Under the pieces are notes generated by a model. The model saw only the letters and a program-made list of their open reading frames with translations, was not told the origin of the DNA and ran no database searches. Positions 63,798-64,000 of a stretch of DNA of 64,000 bases are shown piece by piece. Made by a program: the position numbers and the translations under genes. Origin of the DNA: Diplonema japonicum (Eukaryota > Protista > Euglenozoa: Diplonemea); contig OZ025696.1 in assembly GCA_964019335.1 (NCBI GenBank), forward strand, positions 124,001 to 188,000, given 5' to 3'. The stretch's first letter is position 1; every line of letters starts with the position of its first letter.

Positions 63798-64000
63798 TTT
63801 TCTTTTTTTTTTTTTCTTTTTTTAACTTTTTCTTTTTTTGTTTAAAAAGTAGAAAGATAAAAAAAAAAATAATAAAATAATAAAAACAGGGAGGGATGAA
63901 AAAAAAAAATAAAAAAAAAGAAAAAAACAGAAAGGAAAATCTAAAAGACCTTCGGTGCGGAATAAAAAAAAAAAAAAAAGAACGGAAAAAAATAATTTTG

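Noticed and set aside
1-64000. tRNA or snRNA genes; G-quadruplex calls on G-tracts
   Set aside because: No cloverleaf or snRNA signature recognised by eye. Homopolymer lengths may be sequencing-dependent and G-runs are ubiquitous here.

Overview
Eukaryotic nuclear DNA, most consistent with a euglenozoan protist (diplonemid-like). All ~25 credible genes lie on the minus strand as one directional cluster. Intergenic DNA is full of A/T/G/C homopolymers, the adenylate cyclases are euglenozoan-type, and an LSU rRNA fragment has euglenozoan-like helices. Genes: partial AAA ATPase; PAP2 phosphatase with one predicted GT-AG intron; Q/P-rich protein; two secreted MACPF-like proteins flanking two E2/UBC-domain proteins; two multi-TM adenylate cyclases; ER ankyrin protein; two ubiquitin-like+ankyrin proteins; saccharopine-dehydrogenase-like oxidoreductase; mucin-stalk multi-TM protein; a 2100-aa SLOG(LSDAT)-SLATT-SLATT protein; two near-identical nitronate monooxygenases inside an array of modular ankyrin genes with mitochondrial-presequence-like N-termini; SPRY protein; PhyH dioxygenase; rhodanese. 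Non-genic: a 1.7-kb Mutator-like transposon (TIRs, 9-bp TSD, decayed SWIM transposase), several short dispersed repeat families including 5'-truncated retroposon-like ends that abut T-tracts instead of carrying poly(A) tails, and three orphan LSU rRNA fragments, two beside ankyrin gene remnants. All family assignments come from motif recognition by eye; no database search was run.
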